A stretch of 64,000 nucleotides of DNA. Origin: Nanobdellota archaeon. Lineage in GTDB: Archaea > Nanobdellota > Nanobdellia > Pacearchaeales > GW2011-AR1. This document shows positions 10,275 through 20,010 of the stretch, piece by piece (positions within the stretch are counted from its first letter, which is position 1; each line of letters starts with the position of its first letter). Under the pieces are notes generated by a model. That model was given only the letters and a program-made list of their open reading frames with translations, had not been told where the DNA came from and searched no databases. Location of the stretch: NCBI GenBank assembly GCA_030647125.1, contig JAUSKC010000013.1, forward strand, positions 2,249 to 66,248, given 5' to 3'. Position numbers and translations under genes: made by a program.

Positions 10275-10838
10275 ATGGAATTAAAAACAGCAATTCAAAA
10301 ACGGCACAGCACCCACAAATTCTCATCAAAAAAACCTGACTGGAGAGATATTATTGAATCACTTGACTATTCGCGTTTCGCACCGATGGCCGGAGACATT
10401 TATAATTTAAAATGGATATTAATAGAAGACAAAGAAAAAATCCAAAAGATTGCGAAAGCTGCGCAGCAAAATTTCATTGCAACCGCGCACTACCTTGTCG
10501 TCGCTTGTTCAGAACCAAAACTAACAGTTAATGCTTACGGTGAGAGAGGAGAAAAATACACTCGCCAGCAAGCCGGAGCGGCAATTCAAAATTTCCTTCT
10601 TGCGTTAGAAGAAAGAGGCCTGGCAACTTGTTGGATAGGACATTTCGTTGATAATCAAATTCAAAATATCCTTCACATTCCAGGAGACATAGAAATAGAA
10701 GCAGTCTTCCCTATCGGATACGAATATCCTGGCATTCACAGAAGAAAAAGAAAAATCGAACTTGACAGAATAACTTATTATCATAAGTGGAAAGAAGAAA
10801 AAATGAGGCGCCCTCCAGAGCCAAGAAGAAACGCGTAA
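10275..10838 (+). CDS. nitroreductase-family protein
   Basis: Nitroreductase fold signatures (AIQKRHSTHKF, LATCWIGHF). Confidence 0.7.
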   Translation: MELKTAIQKRHSTHKFSSKKPDWRDIIESLDYSRFAPMAGDIYNLKWILIEDKEKIQKIAKAAQQNFIATAHYLVVACSEPKLTVNAYGERGEKYTRQQAGAAIQNFLLALEERGLATCWIGHFVDNQIQNILHIPGDIEIEAVFPIGYEYPGIHRRKRKIELDRITYYHKWKEEKMRRPPEPRRNA

Positions 10839-10875
10839 TTCTAAAAATAACAATCTTCCAATATAAAATTCTAAA

Positions 10876-11172
10876 TTAATAATCAACTATTTCCGGGAAA
10901 AAATAAGCCAGTATAAAGAAAAACAAAATAAAAGAAACAATTGAAATAATAATTTTAAAAGTAAGCCCCATTTTTTTATTAACGTTATTCAGAATAAAAA
11001 AAACAACTATACTTAACATAAAAGAAATAAGAAGATGCGGCATCAAAAATCTTAATTCACTATCAAACACAGTTACATATCTACCTATAGGCCCCCAGCA
11101 ACCTGTGACTGCCTTCCCGCCCAGCGGGCATCCTTCATGAAGTTCAATGAAACTCATACAAAACCTAGGCAA
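10876..11172 (-). CDS. hypothetical small membrane protein with N-terminal Cys motif
   Basis: CMSFIELHEGCPLGGKAVTGCWGPIG followed by two TM helices. Confidence 0.3.
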   Translation of the reverse strand: MPRFCMSFIELHEGCPLGGKAVTGCWGPIGRYVTVFDSELRFLMPHLLISFMLSIVVFFILNNVNKKMGLTFKIIISIVSFILFFFILAYFFPEIVDY

Positions 11173-11249
11173 CTATAAATTATAAACATTACTAATAAAT
11201 TAAAAAAATAAAAAGCCGAGGAAAAACCTCGGCATTAAAATAACTATAA

Positions 11250-12344
11250 TTATCTCCAAACCTCTATTCCAAGGTCTGAAATTTCTTTCGCAGGTGCTTT
11301 ATGACCACCGCGCATGAAGTCATCTCTATCTCTACCTAAGACATAAGGTGACTTAACACCAGTCATAATAGTTATTACTCGAACTTTACCAGCAAACTCT
11401 TTACTGATTCTTGCTCCAATAATAACGTTAGCATCAGAGCTCAAACTTTCCGAAACAGTTCTACCAATAATGTCAAACTCTTCCAATTTCAAATCAGGTC
11501 CGCAAGTTATATGAATCAATGCTCCAGTCGCACCCTTATAATCCACGTCAAGTAGAGGATGTGTAAGTGCCTGTTTTACTGCTTCATCAACTTTATTAGA
11601 ACTTGAATCACTTTCACCAATGCCAATAACTGCAACTCCACCGTCTTTCATGATTGCAGAAACATCTGCGTAATCAAGATTAATCAACGAAGGCAATGTA
11701 ATCGTCTCAACAATACCTTTAATCATCGTCGAAACCAACTCGTTAGCAACAGCAAAAGCTTGTTCAATTGGCAATTGTCCAGCAATATCAACTAATCTAT
11801 TATTATCCAAAACAATACATGTGTCTGTAACTTCCCTTAATTCTTGAAGACCAAATTCAGCTTTGTCTATTCTAGCTTTTTCAGCTTCGAAAGGCATAGT
11901 CACAACACCAATAACAACAGCTCCTGTTTCTTTTGCAATTTGAGCTACAACCGGTGCACTTCCTGTACCAGTTCCGCCACCCATTCCTGCAAGAACGAAA
12001 ACCATATCAGCGCCGCCAACAGCTTTTTTTATTTCAACCAATGCTTCTTTAGCTGCTTCTCTTCCTTTTTGAGGAACACCACCAGCTCCTAAACCTCTTG
12101 TGAGTTCTTTACCGATAAGAATTTTATCGTCGGCTTTTGAAACACTCAAGTGCAAAGCATCAGTATTAGCTGCGTAAACAGTAGCTCCTTGAACTCCTTT
12201 ATTAAAAAGCCAAGTAGTCATGTTACATCCGCAACCACCGCAACCAACAACTTTAATGTTAGCTTTACCAGCTCTTAACTCGTCAAAGTTAATGCTGTGC
12301 GTAGCGCTATTTTGAACCGCTTCTTTTGCAAAATCTAATACCAT
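11250..12344 (-). CDS. ftsZ: cell division GTPase FtsZ
   Basis: Tubulin signature GGGTGTGSAPVVA, GCGGCG N-terminal loop, full-length 364 aa; AGGAGG RBS upstream. Confidence 0.95.
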   Translation of the reverse strand: MVLDFAKEAVQNSATHSINFDELRAGKANIKVVGCGGCGCNMTTWLFNKGVQGATVYAANTDALHLSVSKADDKILIGKELTRGLGAGGVPQKGREAAKEALVEIKKAVGGADMVFVLAGMGGGTGTGSAPVVAQIAKETGAVVIGVVTMPFEAEKARIDKAEFGLQELREVTDTCIVLDNNRLVDIAGQLPIEQAFAVANELVSTMIKGIVETITLPSLINLDYADVSAIMKDGGVAVIGIGESDSSSNKVDEAVKQALTHPLLDVDYKGATGALIHITCGPDLKLEEFDIIGRTVSESLSSDANVIIGARISKEFAGKVRVITIMTGVKSPYVLGRDRDDFMRGGHKAPAKEISDLGIEVWR

Positions 12345-12621
12345 TCTTTTTTGTTTTACCTCCTTTCATCCATTTTGTTTATATAACTTCTACAAAGTTA
12401 TTTATTTTCATAGTCTAAAGTTTTTAAGCCTATTCGTGCTCGAAGATATAGTTTTTTCTCTCTATATCCAAAAGTTTAAATAGCTGACAAACTTCCAACT
12501 ATTAAGAAAAATACATAATCTCGATAGTTCATCTTTCCCCCGAATGATGAATTATCTTTTAAATTATAAGTTTTAACAAGTTGTTCTTTATATAGTTTAT
12601 GTTTAGAAAAAAAATTCTTAT

Positions 12622-13023
12622 TCAAACCTTAACCCTTTTTATTTCCTTAACCTTATCAAAATCAGAATCATCAGATATCATTGAATCACATCCATTTAAT
12701 ATTGCTGTAGCAGCATGAATAGCATCGCGCGGTTTTAATCCATATTTCTTAACTAATTCCTGCGCATAGCTAATAGTTTTTTTATTAACATCCAAAAAAA
12801 CCAAATTAGGAATAGATAAAAATTTCCTCCCTTCATCTATTGAATGCTCTTGCCCATAAAATTTTCTAATAACATGCACGATCTCATCCCAAGTCAAAAG
12901 GGAAGTGACTGCAGAAATTTTTTTATTAATAATCATTTTAATAAACCCTCGCGATTTGACAGAACGCGCATCTTTTTGGATAAGGGCGTGAACAAAGATA
13001 TTGCTATCAATATACTCGTTCAT
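12622..13023 (-). CDS. vapC: PIN-domain toxin (VapC-like)
   Basis: MNEYIDSNIFVHALI...; conserved acidic PIN residues; 17-nt overlap with upstream AbrB-type gene. Confidence 0.7.
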   Translation of the reverse strand: MNEYIDSNIFVHALIQKDARSVKSRGFIKMIINKKISAVTSLLTWDEIVHVIRKFYGQEHSIDEGRKFLSIPNLVFLDVNKKTISYAQELVKKYGLKPRDAIHAATAILNGCDSMISDDSDFDKVKEIKRVKV

Positions 13024-13255
13024 ATTCTTCGTCTAAGATTTTCTTTAATTCTTTGGTCGTAAGTCTCTTCTTCAATTTAGGCAGGCTAAAAAGATCTTCG
13101 AGGAATTTCTCAGTATCTTCTTCCTTTTTTAAAAGAACTTCATTATCTCTAACTTCAAAAACTACCTTTTTCCCATTATTTATACCAAGCATATCCCTAA
13201 TATCTTTAGGAATAACAACCTGTCCTTTCTCTCCAACATCTCTTACAATTCTCAT
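13007..13255 (-). CDS. vapB: AbrB/MazE/SpoVT-type antitoxin (VapB-like)
   Basis: Swapped-hairpin motif GEKGQVVIPKDIRDMLGINNGKKVVFEV. Confidence 0.6.
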   Translation of the reverse strand: MRIVRDVGEKGQVVIPKDIRDMLGINNGKKVVFEVRDNEVLLKKEEDTEKFLEDLFSLPKLKKRLTTKELKKILDEEYERVY

Positions 13256-13311
13256 AAGGTATTTAGTAGGAATTACTATTTAAACTTTTTCCTACCATTA
13301 ATTCCTACTTT

Positions 13312-13986
13312 CTAAATCTTCTTCAAAATTTTAACCTCAATTCCATTTTCTTCACAAATTTCTTTGAACTCTTCTGCATCAGATTCGGATCCAACAACAC
13401 TTCCATAATGCATTGGAATTGCTAAATTTGGTTTTATTATCGACGCTGCTTCCGCGGCCTCTTCAGCGCTCATAGTAAATCTCCCCCCAATAGGAAGCAA
13501 AGCAATAAATGTCTTGTCCGGCTGTTTATGCCCAGTAAGTTTCTGCATTTCCGGTATAACATCTGTATCACCGGCATGATAAATCACAACTCCATTTACT
13601 TTAACTAAATAACCCACCCAACCTTCTTCCTTAGGATGAAAACTTTTATCAACATTGTAAGCCGGAACTGTATAAATCCTAGTATCTCCAACTTCATATT
13701 CCTGCCCCGGCTCTACAATTTCAATTTTTATAGGAACATCAAAACGCATAATCTTGCTCTGGGCGTCAGCCGTACAAAAAACTCGCGTTCCTTCCTTAAC
13801 AATTTTATTTAAATCAACAATTGAACAATGATCTTGATGGCCGTGTGTAATCAAAATTATGTCTGCTTTTTCCATATCATCTTTTATATTAAAAGGATCT
13901 ATGTAAATTACTCTGGAATTTTTTATCAAAAACCCTGACTGCCCAAGCCACTCCAATTTTACCTCTCCAATTTCCATGTCCTCCAA
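13312..13986 (-). CDS. metallo-beta-lactamase-fold hydrolase
   Basis: ILITHGHQDHCS (HxHxDH) motif and downstream His/Asp ligands. Confidence 0.7.
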   Translation of the reverse strand: MEDMEIGEVKLEWLGQSGFLIKNSRVIYIDPFNIKDDMEKADIILITHGHQDHCSIVDLNKIVKEGTRVFCTADAQSKIMRFDVPIKIEIVEPGQEYEVGDTRIYTVPAYNVDKSFHPKEEGWVGYLVKVNGVVIYHAGDTDVIPEMQKLTGHKQPDKTFIALLPIGGRFTMSAEEAAEAASIIKPNLAIPMHYGSVVGSESDAEEFKEICEENGIEVKILKKI

Positions 13987-14162
13987 AAACCTCGAGTCCT
14001 TAAAAGGTTTATGAATAACAAGGGTTAGGATGGATTATTTCTATTAAAAATATTATAACGATTCCAAAAAGAGGTGATAATTATCGTTGAGGTGAGTGGA
14101 TAGGAGAATTAATAAAAAGTTAAAAGGAATAACCTTAAAAAAGAAAATTTACTAAAACAAAA

Positions 14163-14528
14163 ATGGGAAAAGAAAAGTTCTGGGGGAAAACGGCATCTAT
14201 TGATCTTCATGGCTGCAATGATTTAATTAAAAATCCAGAAAAGATAAAGGAATTTGTAATTAAATTATGTAAAGAAATAGATATGGAACGTCACGGTGAC
14301 GTAATAATTGACAGATTTGGTGACGGTAAATTAGAAGGATGGTCGTGTTTGCAGTTTATAGAGACATCTTCAATAACTTGTCATTTTGACGAGCAAATGG
14401 GAGAAACAAACCGCGCTTTCATTGATATTTTTTCATGCAAGGACTTTGATGAAAACAAAGCAGTTCAATTCAGCAAGAGGTTCTTCGACGCAAAGAATTT
14501 CAAAATAAGATGTTTTATCAGGGATTAA
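14163..14528 (+). CDS. speH: S-adenosylmethionine decarboxylase proenzyme (class 1, SpeH-like)
   Basis: LHGCNDLI and processing-site-like IETSSITCHFDEQ segment. Confidence 0.5.
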   Translation: MGKEKFWGKTASIDLHGCNDLIKNPEKIKEFVIKLCKEIDMERHGDVIIDRFGDGKLEGWSCLQFIETSSITCHFDEQMGETNRAFIDIFSCKDFDENKAVQFSKRFFDAKNFKIRCFIRD

Positions 14529-15844
14529 ATCTTTTCAAACATCTCTGCAATCTTCAGCATCTTTTCATCTTCAAACTTATTGCACATAATTTGCATACCT
14601 ACAGGAATTCCTTTAATTTTCCCAGAAGGAATAGAAACAGCGCAACATCCTGCAAGATTAGCCGGAATAGTTAAAGCATCATAACTATACATTTCTTCAA
14701 CTGATATTCTTTCCCCAATTTTGTGAGGAAGTCGCGGCACCGTCGGCAAGATAATGCAATCAACACTTTCAAACGCTTTAGAAAATTCATCTCCAATAAT
14801 TTTCTTTACTTTTAATGCTGTATTATAATATCTTCCTTTATATTCCGCTTTGCTAATTTCCGAACCTCCAAGAACACGGCGCAAAACTTCAGGTCCAGCA
14901 GCTTCTTCAATCTTTTTTCCATAACGTCTTCCATCAAACTTACGTGTCCCTGAAAAAAATTCAACATAAACCAAAGGATAATACGTCTCAACAGCTAATT
15001 CAATATTTTTAATCTTAACTTTTTTAATTTCAAATCCATACTTTTTCCTTGCATCTTCAACTTTCTCATCAAATAATTTTCTTATCTCTGGTTCAACATT
15101 CAACCCGCTAATATCAAGAACCCCTACTTTAATTTTCTTGTTGGGGTGGGTGGTCGGGGAGTGGACGGAGGGATTGTTATCCATTATAGAATCCTTTTCA
15201 TCTTTTCCTTTAATTACTGAAAGCATTAAACCAGCGTCGGAAACGTCCGATGCCAAAGGCCCAATTTGATCCAAAGACATTGATAAATCAATTAACCCAT
15301 AACGTGAAACACTTCCATAAGAAGGCTTAAGTCCGACGACGCCGCAATGAGATGCAGGATTTCTAATTGAGCCGCCAGTATCACTTCCCAAAGATATATC
15401 AACAAATCCAGCAGCAACGGCAGCAGCGCTTCCCGAAGATGAACCCCCAGGAATTTTTCCGATAGCAGACGGATTTTGCACCGGTCCAAAAGCGGACGTC
15501 TCTCCAGAACCTCCGCTTGCAAACTCATCCATATTCAGCATTCCAATAATAAGCCCATCTTCTTTTTTTATTTTAGAAACAACAAAAGCGTCATACGGAG
15601 CAACATAATCCTCAAGAACTTTTGATGCGCATGAAATCTTCATCCCATGAACATTTATATTTGCCTTTATTCCAATAATTTTTCCTGCAAGTTTTCCGCC
15701 AACACCTTTTTTTATTCTTTCATCAATTCGCTTCGCTTCTTCAATTAATTCCTTTTCAGAACGCAACTCTAAAAATATATTTAACTTTTTATTTTCTTTT
15801 TTAATGAGTTCAAGTTTTTGCTGTAAGTTTTGTAACGTGCTCAT
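14525..15844 (-). CDS. gatA: Glu/Asp-tRNA amidotransferase subunit A (amidase)
   Basis: Amidase signature GGSSSGSAAAVAAGFVDISLGSDTGGSIRNPAS. Confidence 0.9.
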   Translation of the reverse strand: MSTLQNLQQKLELIKKENKKLNIFLELRSEKELIEEAKRIDERIKKGVGGKLAGKIIGIKANINVHGMKISCASKVLEDYVAPYDAFVVSKIKKEDGLIIGMLNMDEFASGGSGETSAFGPVQNPSAIGKIPGGSSSGSAAAVAAGFVDISLGSDTGGSIRNPASHCGVVGLKPSYGSVSRYGLIDLSMSLDQIGPLASDVSDAGLMLSVIKGKDEKDSIMDNNPSVHSPTTHPNKKIKVGVLDISGLNVEPEIRKLFDEKVEDARKKYGFEIKKVKIKNIELAVETYYPLVYVEFFSGTRKFDGRRYGKKIEEAAGPEVLRRVLGGSEISKAEYKGRYYNTALKVKKIIGDEFSKAFESVDCIILPTVPRLPHKIGERISVEEMYSYDALTIPANLAGCCAVSIPSGKIKGIPVGMQIMCNKFEDEKMLKIAEMFEKI

Positions 15845-16245
15845 TTAATATCCCCCTTTTCTATTAAAAATTTTATATTGGGTGCAACTTTATATTTTCC
15901 TTTTTTAATTTCTCTTATATCAAGCCACTTAACTTCTTGCGTCGGAGGAATTGGTCTAACATCTTTTTTATTTAACAATTTAGCAAGATAATGTATAAGC
16001 AAGATAACCATCTTCTCTCCTGTTTGAGGATTTTTCCAAATAATCATTGGATTCAAAGGTCTAATTATTTCTATTTCAGCATTATTCTCTTCTTTAGTTT
16101 CTCTATGGCATGCCTCTTCTAAACTTTCAACCCCCTCTTCAACTGTTCCGCCAGGCAATTTATAAAAATCATCTTTATTATCTTTATTTACAAGTAACTT
16201 TCCCTCTTCTATTATCACAGGACCCGAAGCAATTATATATTTCAT
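15841..16245 (-). CDS. Nudix hydrolase
   Basis: Nudix box GGTVEEGVESLEEACHRETKEE. Confidence 0.75.
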   Translation of the reverse strand: MKYIIASGPVIIEEGKLLVNKDNKDDFYKLPGGTVEEGVESLEEACHRETKEENNAEIEIIRPLNPMIIWKNPQTGEKMVILLIHYLAKLLNKKDVRPIPPTQEVKWLDIREIKKGKYKVAPNIKFLIEKGDIK

Positions 16246-16475
16246 CTTACTCTTTTCTCAACCCCGTACAATCTTGTTAAATATTCTAATCCTATTTTAT
16301 ATTCTTCTGAACCAGAATCAAATCTTTTTTCTAATCTGGTTTTATGGTGTTTAAATCTAGCAACACGATCAGAACTTTCCCTCAAAAAATCCATTGAGGG
16401 GAAGAGTCTACTATCACAGAAATGATCTCTCAATCCTTCAGACATTCCCCTATAAAGCTCTTCTAATTCTACCAT
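16242..16475 (-). CDS. hypothetical protein
   Basis: 77-aa ORF translationally coupled between gatC-like and Nudix genes. Confidence 0.25.
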   Translation of the reverse strand: MVELEELYRGMSEGLRDHFCDSRLFPSMDFLRESSDRVARFKHHKTRLEKRFDSGSEEYKIGLEYLTRLYGVEKRVR

Positions 16476-16732
16476 CCTTTCTTCTCCGCAATTATAAAGT
16501 CCTTATTTTTATTAGGCGCATTTGAAAACATAATTTCTCTGTCAATAGGAACTTTTTCAGCCGAACCTTCTTTTCTCTCGCCGTTTCCTCGTTCAATCAT
16601 AGGTTCTTCTACTCTATCAAGGCCTAATTTCTCCAATTTTGAAGAAAAAGAATCCATAATCTTCTTTGATTCTTTTTTTATCTGTTCTTTTTCAGGTTCA
16701 GAAACCTTCTTCCATAAAAACCCTTCAGTCAT
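16469..16732 (-). CDS. gatC: probable Glu/Asp-tRNA amidotransferase subunit C
   Basis: C-terminal ...ERKEGSAEKVPIDREIMFSNAPNKNKDFIIAEK resembles the GatC R.D...REE.L.NAP...F.VP tail; same operon direction as gatA. Confidence 0.5.
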   Translation of the reverse strand: MTEGFLWKKVSEPEKEQIKKESKKIMDSFSSKLEKLGLDRVEEPMIERGNGERKEGSAEKVPIDREIMFSNAPNKNKDFIIAEKKGW

Positions 16733-16734
16733 AA

Positions 16735-17628
16735 TTAACCAATAAACCTCATACTTTTAATTTTTCCTATTCTATCATCAACTTCAACAATCGCCGCCTT
16801 TCCTTTTTCTCCATCTCCTGGATTGATAATAGGAACTCCATATAATTTTTTCATCCCTCTGTATTCATGCATATGTCCGCAAAAAACAGAAACAGGTTTA
16901 TATTTCTTAATCGCTTCTGAATAAAATCTGACACCAGCACTCTCTCTATCCATTGGATTATTTTTATCTTTAATTATATCAAAAATTCCTTTCGGTGGAT
17001 AATGAAAAACAAAAATCTTAGGCAGTTTTTTATCTGTCTTCTTTAGCAAACTAAAAAACTTTGTCCTCATTTTAAGATGTCTTTTATACCTTTTCATAAT
17101 ATCTTCACGTTCACTTTTAAATGTCTTTTTCTTAAAAAACGCATCAATATCCATATACCCGCCAAACCCAATAATATCAAAACCACCAAATTCTTTTTTA
17201 CCATAATTAATTATATTAACATTTTTCAATTTCTTCAGAAACAAGGCGTTCTTTTCTTTTCTTTTCTCTTTAAAATAAGGGGTGCTGTACCAATCATCAT
17301 CTGTATTGCCAAACACAATATAAGTTGGCTTATTTAACGAATCCAAAGTTTTCAAAACTTTCTTTGTCATTTCAAAATCTTTTTTTAATAAATATTTTAA
17401 CTTCTTCTTTCCAAAGAACTCTTCTGGAGAAATTCTTTCATCCCCTCGCTTTAATCGCCTGAACAAATCTAGGATATACGGCCGCCATTCGTTAATTCCC
17501 CCATAATCTCCAACACCAACAATTAAATCAAAATCTTCTTTTTCCAACTTACTTTTCAGCTTCGAAGGAAAAACTCCTTGAAAATCTCCACAAACCAAAA
17601 TCCTAACCATAAATAAAAAAGTTATCAC
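16735..17628 (-). CDS. calcineurin-like metallophosphoesterase
   Basis: ILVCGDFQG, GDYGG, GNTDD, HMHEY motifs. Confidence 0.65.
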   Translation of the reverse strand: MITFLFMVRILVCGDFQGVFPSKLKSKLEKEDFDLIVGVGDYGGINEWRPYILDLFRRLKRGDERISPEEFFGKKKLKYLLKKDFEMTKKVLKTLDSLNKPTYIVFGNTDDDWYSTPYFKEKRKEKNALFLKKLKNVNIINYGKKEFGGFDIIGFGGYMDIDAFFKKKTFKSEREDIMKRYKRHLKMRTKFFSLLKKTDKKLPKIFVFHYPPKGIFDIIKDKNNPMDRESAGVRFYSEAIKKYKPVSVFCGHMHEYRGMKKLYGVPIINPGDGEKGKAAIVEVDDRIGKIKSMRFIG

Positions 17629-17700
17629 AAACTTAAAAACCTAACTACTATCTAAAAACATTAAAAATTATTTAAAAAATAAAAATAAAAATAAATTTAT

Positions 17701-17802
17701 TTACCAATCTGCTTCGTCATCGCTTGAGTCATCTTCATCATCGTCATCTTCATCTTCATCTTCTGACTCATCAATCTTTTTGTCTTCTTCACTCTTAGGC
17801 AT
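17701..17802 (-). CDS. small highly acidic peptide (33 aa)
   Basis: ATG after TAGGAG; MPKSEEDKKIDESEDEDEDDDDEDDSSDDEADW; below ORF-track cutoff. Confidence 0.3.
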   Translation of the reverse strand: MPKSEEDKKIDESEDEDEDDDDEDDSSDDEADW

Positions 17803-17891
17803 TTTACAACTCCTATTTTAATTAAAACCTACTAATCCAAATTGTTTTTAAACGTTTCTATAATCTTTTCAATAACAAAAACATTTAAGAA

Positions 17892-19280
17892 CTATTTCTT
17901 CGAACTCTTGGGCTTTGAATTCTTTTTCACAATCTCTATATGCGTTTCTTTCAGTTGAATCGGCTCAACTTCCGAAGGTGAACCGTCCATTGGATTTTGC
18001 GCGGCCTTATTTTTTGGAAATGCAATTACTTCTCTTATATCATTAAATCCTAACATCAATGCAACCAATCTGTCAAAACCTAAACCCATTCCGCCGTGAA
18101 CAGGCCCACCATATTCGTAAGCGTCAAGCAAAAAACCAAATTTCTTTCGTGCGGACTCTTTGCTCATCCCTATAATTTTCATAACTTTCTCTTGTAATTC
18201 AGGATTGTTAATTCGAATGCTTCCCGAACCAAGTTCAGTTCCATTAAGTACAAGGTCAAACAAATCCCCCAAAACTTTCCCTGGTTCTTTTTCTAAATAT
18301 TTTATATGTTCTTTTTTAGGCGAAGTGAAAATGTGATGTTCCGGCTCCCATTTTTTTTCATCTTTATTATAAGAAAACAATGGAAAATCAACAACCCAGC
18401 AAAATGCAAATTCTTTTGGATTGCTTTTGTCTTTTCTCAAGTCTGGCTTATCCGTTCCGTATTTTTTCTTTGCTTCTTCATGAGTTAGAATTTTAAAATC
18501 ACTAAGTTGAATTCCTAAAATCTTTTTAAAAATATGTTTATACAATCCCTCAACAAATCCTAAAATATCTTTCTGTTCAACAAAACTCATTTCCAAATCC
18601 ATTTGCGTATGTTCTGGCTGTCTGTCTGCCCTCAAATCTTCATCTCGCAAACAGCGCGCGAACTGATAATATTTGTCAAACCCCGCAATCATTAAAATTT
18701 GTTTATACAACTGCGGCGATTGAGGCAATGCATAAAACTTTCCTTCATTAACACGAGAAGGAACAATATAATCACGTGCGCCTTCCGGCGTCGGCTTAAC
18801 AAGCAAAGGCGTTTCAATTTCCAAGAAATCGTTCTCAATAAAATACTCTCTCGCTGCTTGAGCGACTTTAGCTCTGAATGCCAAATTTCTTTGCATCTCC
18901 GGCCTTCTTAAATCCAAGAAACGATATTTCATTCTTATATCATCCCCTGCAACTTCATTCTCATTAATTTTTATAGGTGGAACTTTCGCCTCGTTGATAA
19001 TCTCAATTTTCTCGGCAAAAACTTCAATTTCTCCCGTATGCAATTCCTTATTTTCAGTCCCTGGCTTTCTATTCTTAACTTCCCCAGAAACAGAAACAAC
19101 AAATTCATTCCTTAATCCGTGCTCACCCTTGAAAACAATCTGCATTTTCCCATACCTGTCACGCAAATCAATAAAACTAATTTTTCCATGCTCGCGAATA
19201 GTATCAACCCATCCACAAAGTTTAACTTTCTTCCCAACATCTTTTCGTGTCAGTTCTCCACAAGTATGCGTCCTTAACAT
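17892..19280 (-). CDS. aspS: aspartyl-tRNA synthetase (archaeal type)
   Basis: N-terminal OB anticodon-binding domain, class II motifs (FRDE..., GGMGLGFDRLVALM); ends with a genuine TAG stop. Confidence 0.9.
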   Translation of the reverse strand: MLRTHTCGELTRKDVGKKVKLCGWVDTIREHGKISFIDLRDRYGKMQIVFKGEHGLRNEFVVSVSGEVKNRKPGTENKELHTGEIEVFAEKIEIINEAKVPPIKINENEVAGDDIRMKYRFLDLRRPEMQRNLAFRAKVAQAAREYFIENDFLEIETPLLVKPTPEGARDYIVPSRVNEGKFYALPQSPQLYKQILMIAGFDKYYQFARCLRDEDLRADRQPEHTQMDLEMSFVEQKDILGFVEGLYKHIFKKILGIQLSDFKILTHEEAKKKYGTDKPDLRKDKSNPKEFAFCWVVDFPLFSYNKDEKKWEPEHHIFTSPKKEHIKYLEKEPGKVLGDLFDLVLNGTELGSGSIRINNPELQEKVMKIIGMSKESARKKFGFLLDAYEYGGPVHGGMGLGFDRLVALMLGFNDIREVIAFPKNKAAQNPMDGSPSEVEPIQLKETHIEIVKKNSKPKSSKK

Positions 19281-19613
19281 AATAAATCAATAAACAAGTA
19301 ATTTATAAATTTAATTAGAATCTAAAGAAGAATCAAGCCCTTTCTGTTTCATCCTTTGTTCCCTCATTAACTTTCGCCCGGCCTCAATATATCCCCTTGG
19401 AGTATAAAAAATAATTGTCTCAGTTTCCTGCCGTGGCAAACTTTCTCTTTCACCCTGTTTAACATTACTATAATCCTTTCTAAAAAGCCGCACAAATCTA
19501 CTTAAATAATCCATAAAAACAATAATCATTTATTATTCTTAAAGATTTATATTTATTTTAAAATAGATAATAAAAAACATAAAAAGATTTAAACATAAAA
19601 GTTCTACAAAGTT

Positions 19614-20006
19614 ATGGTATATAGTTTGGAACTTCTTTCTACAGCAGTAAATGAAGGTTATATGCCAGATATAGAGGGGTTAGCTAAAAAAATTGATGAA
19701 CCAAAATTATCTATAGTGGGTTTAGATGAAGTATTAAAATTCATAGCAAATTATGAACCAATGTGGCATGAGGTGGGCAATCAAGATCTTGAAAGACAAT
19801 TAGAAACATTCAAAGGAAAACAACCATTATATTTAGATAGTGAACATACTCAAAGAAATCCTAATTTAAATCATTCGGATTATTTGTTTGTGTTTAAAGA
19901 GTTCATGAAAACATGGGCAGCACGTAAAAACAAAGGATCTCCAGAAGAGAATTGGTATCAAATGCAGGAAGAATTGGCAGATCTAATTTTTGAGAGTTAT
20001 AGATAA
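19614..20006 (+). CDS. hypothetical protein
   Basis: 130-aa ORF in its own intergenic slot. Confidence 0.3.
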   Translation: MVYSLELLSTAVNEGYMPDIEGLAKKIDEPKLSIVGLDEVLKFIANYEPMWHEVGNQDLERQLETFKGKQPLYLDSEHTQRNPNLNHSDYLFVFKEFMKTWAARKNKGSPEENWYQMQEELADLIFESYR

Positions 20007-20010
20007 ATAA

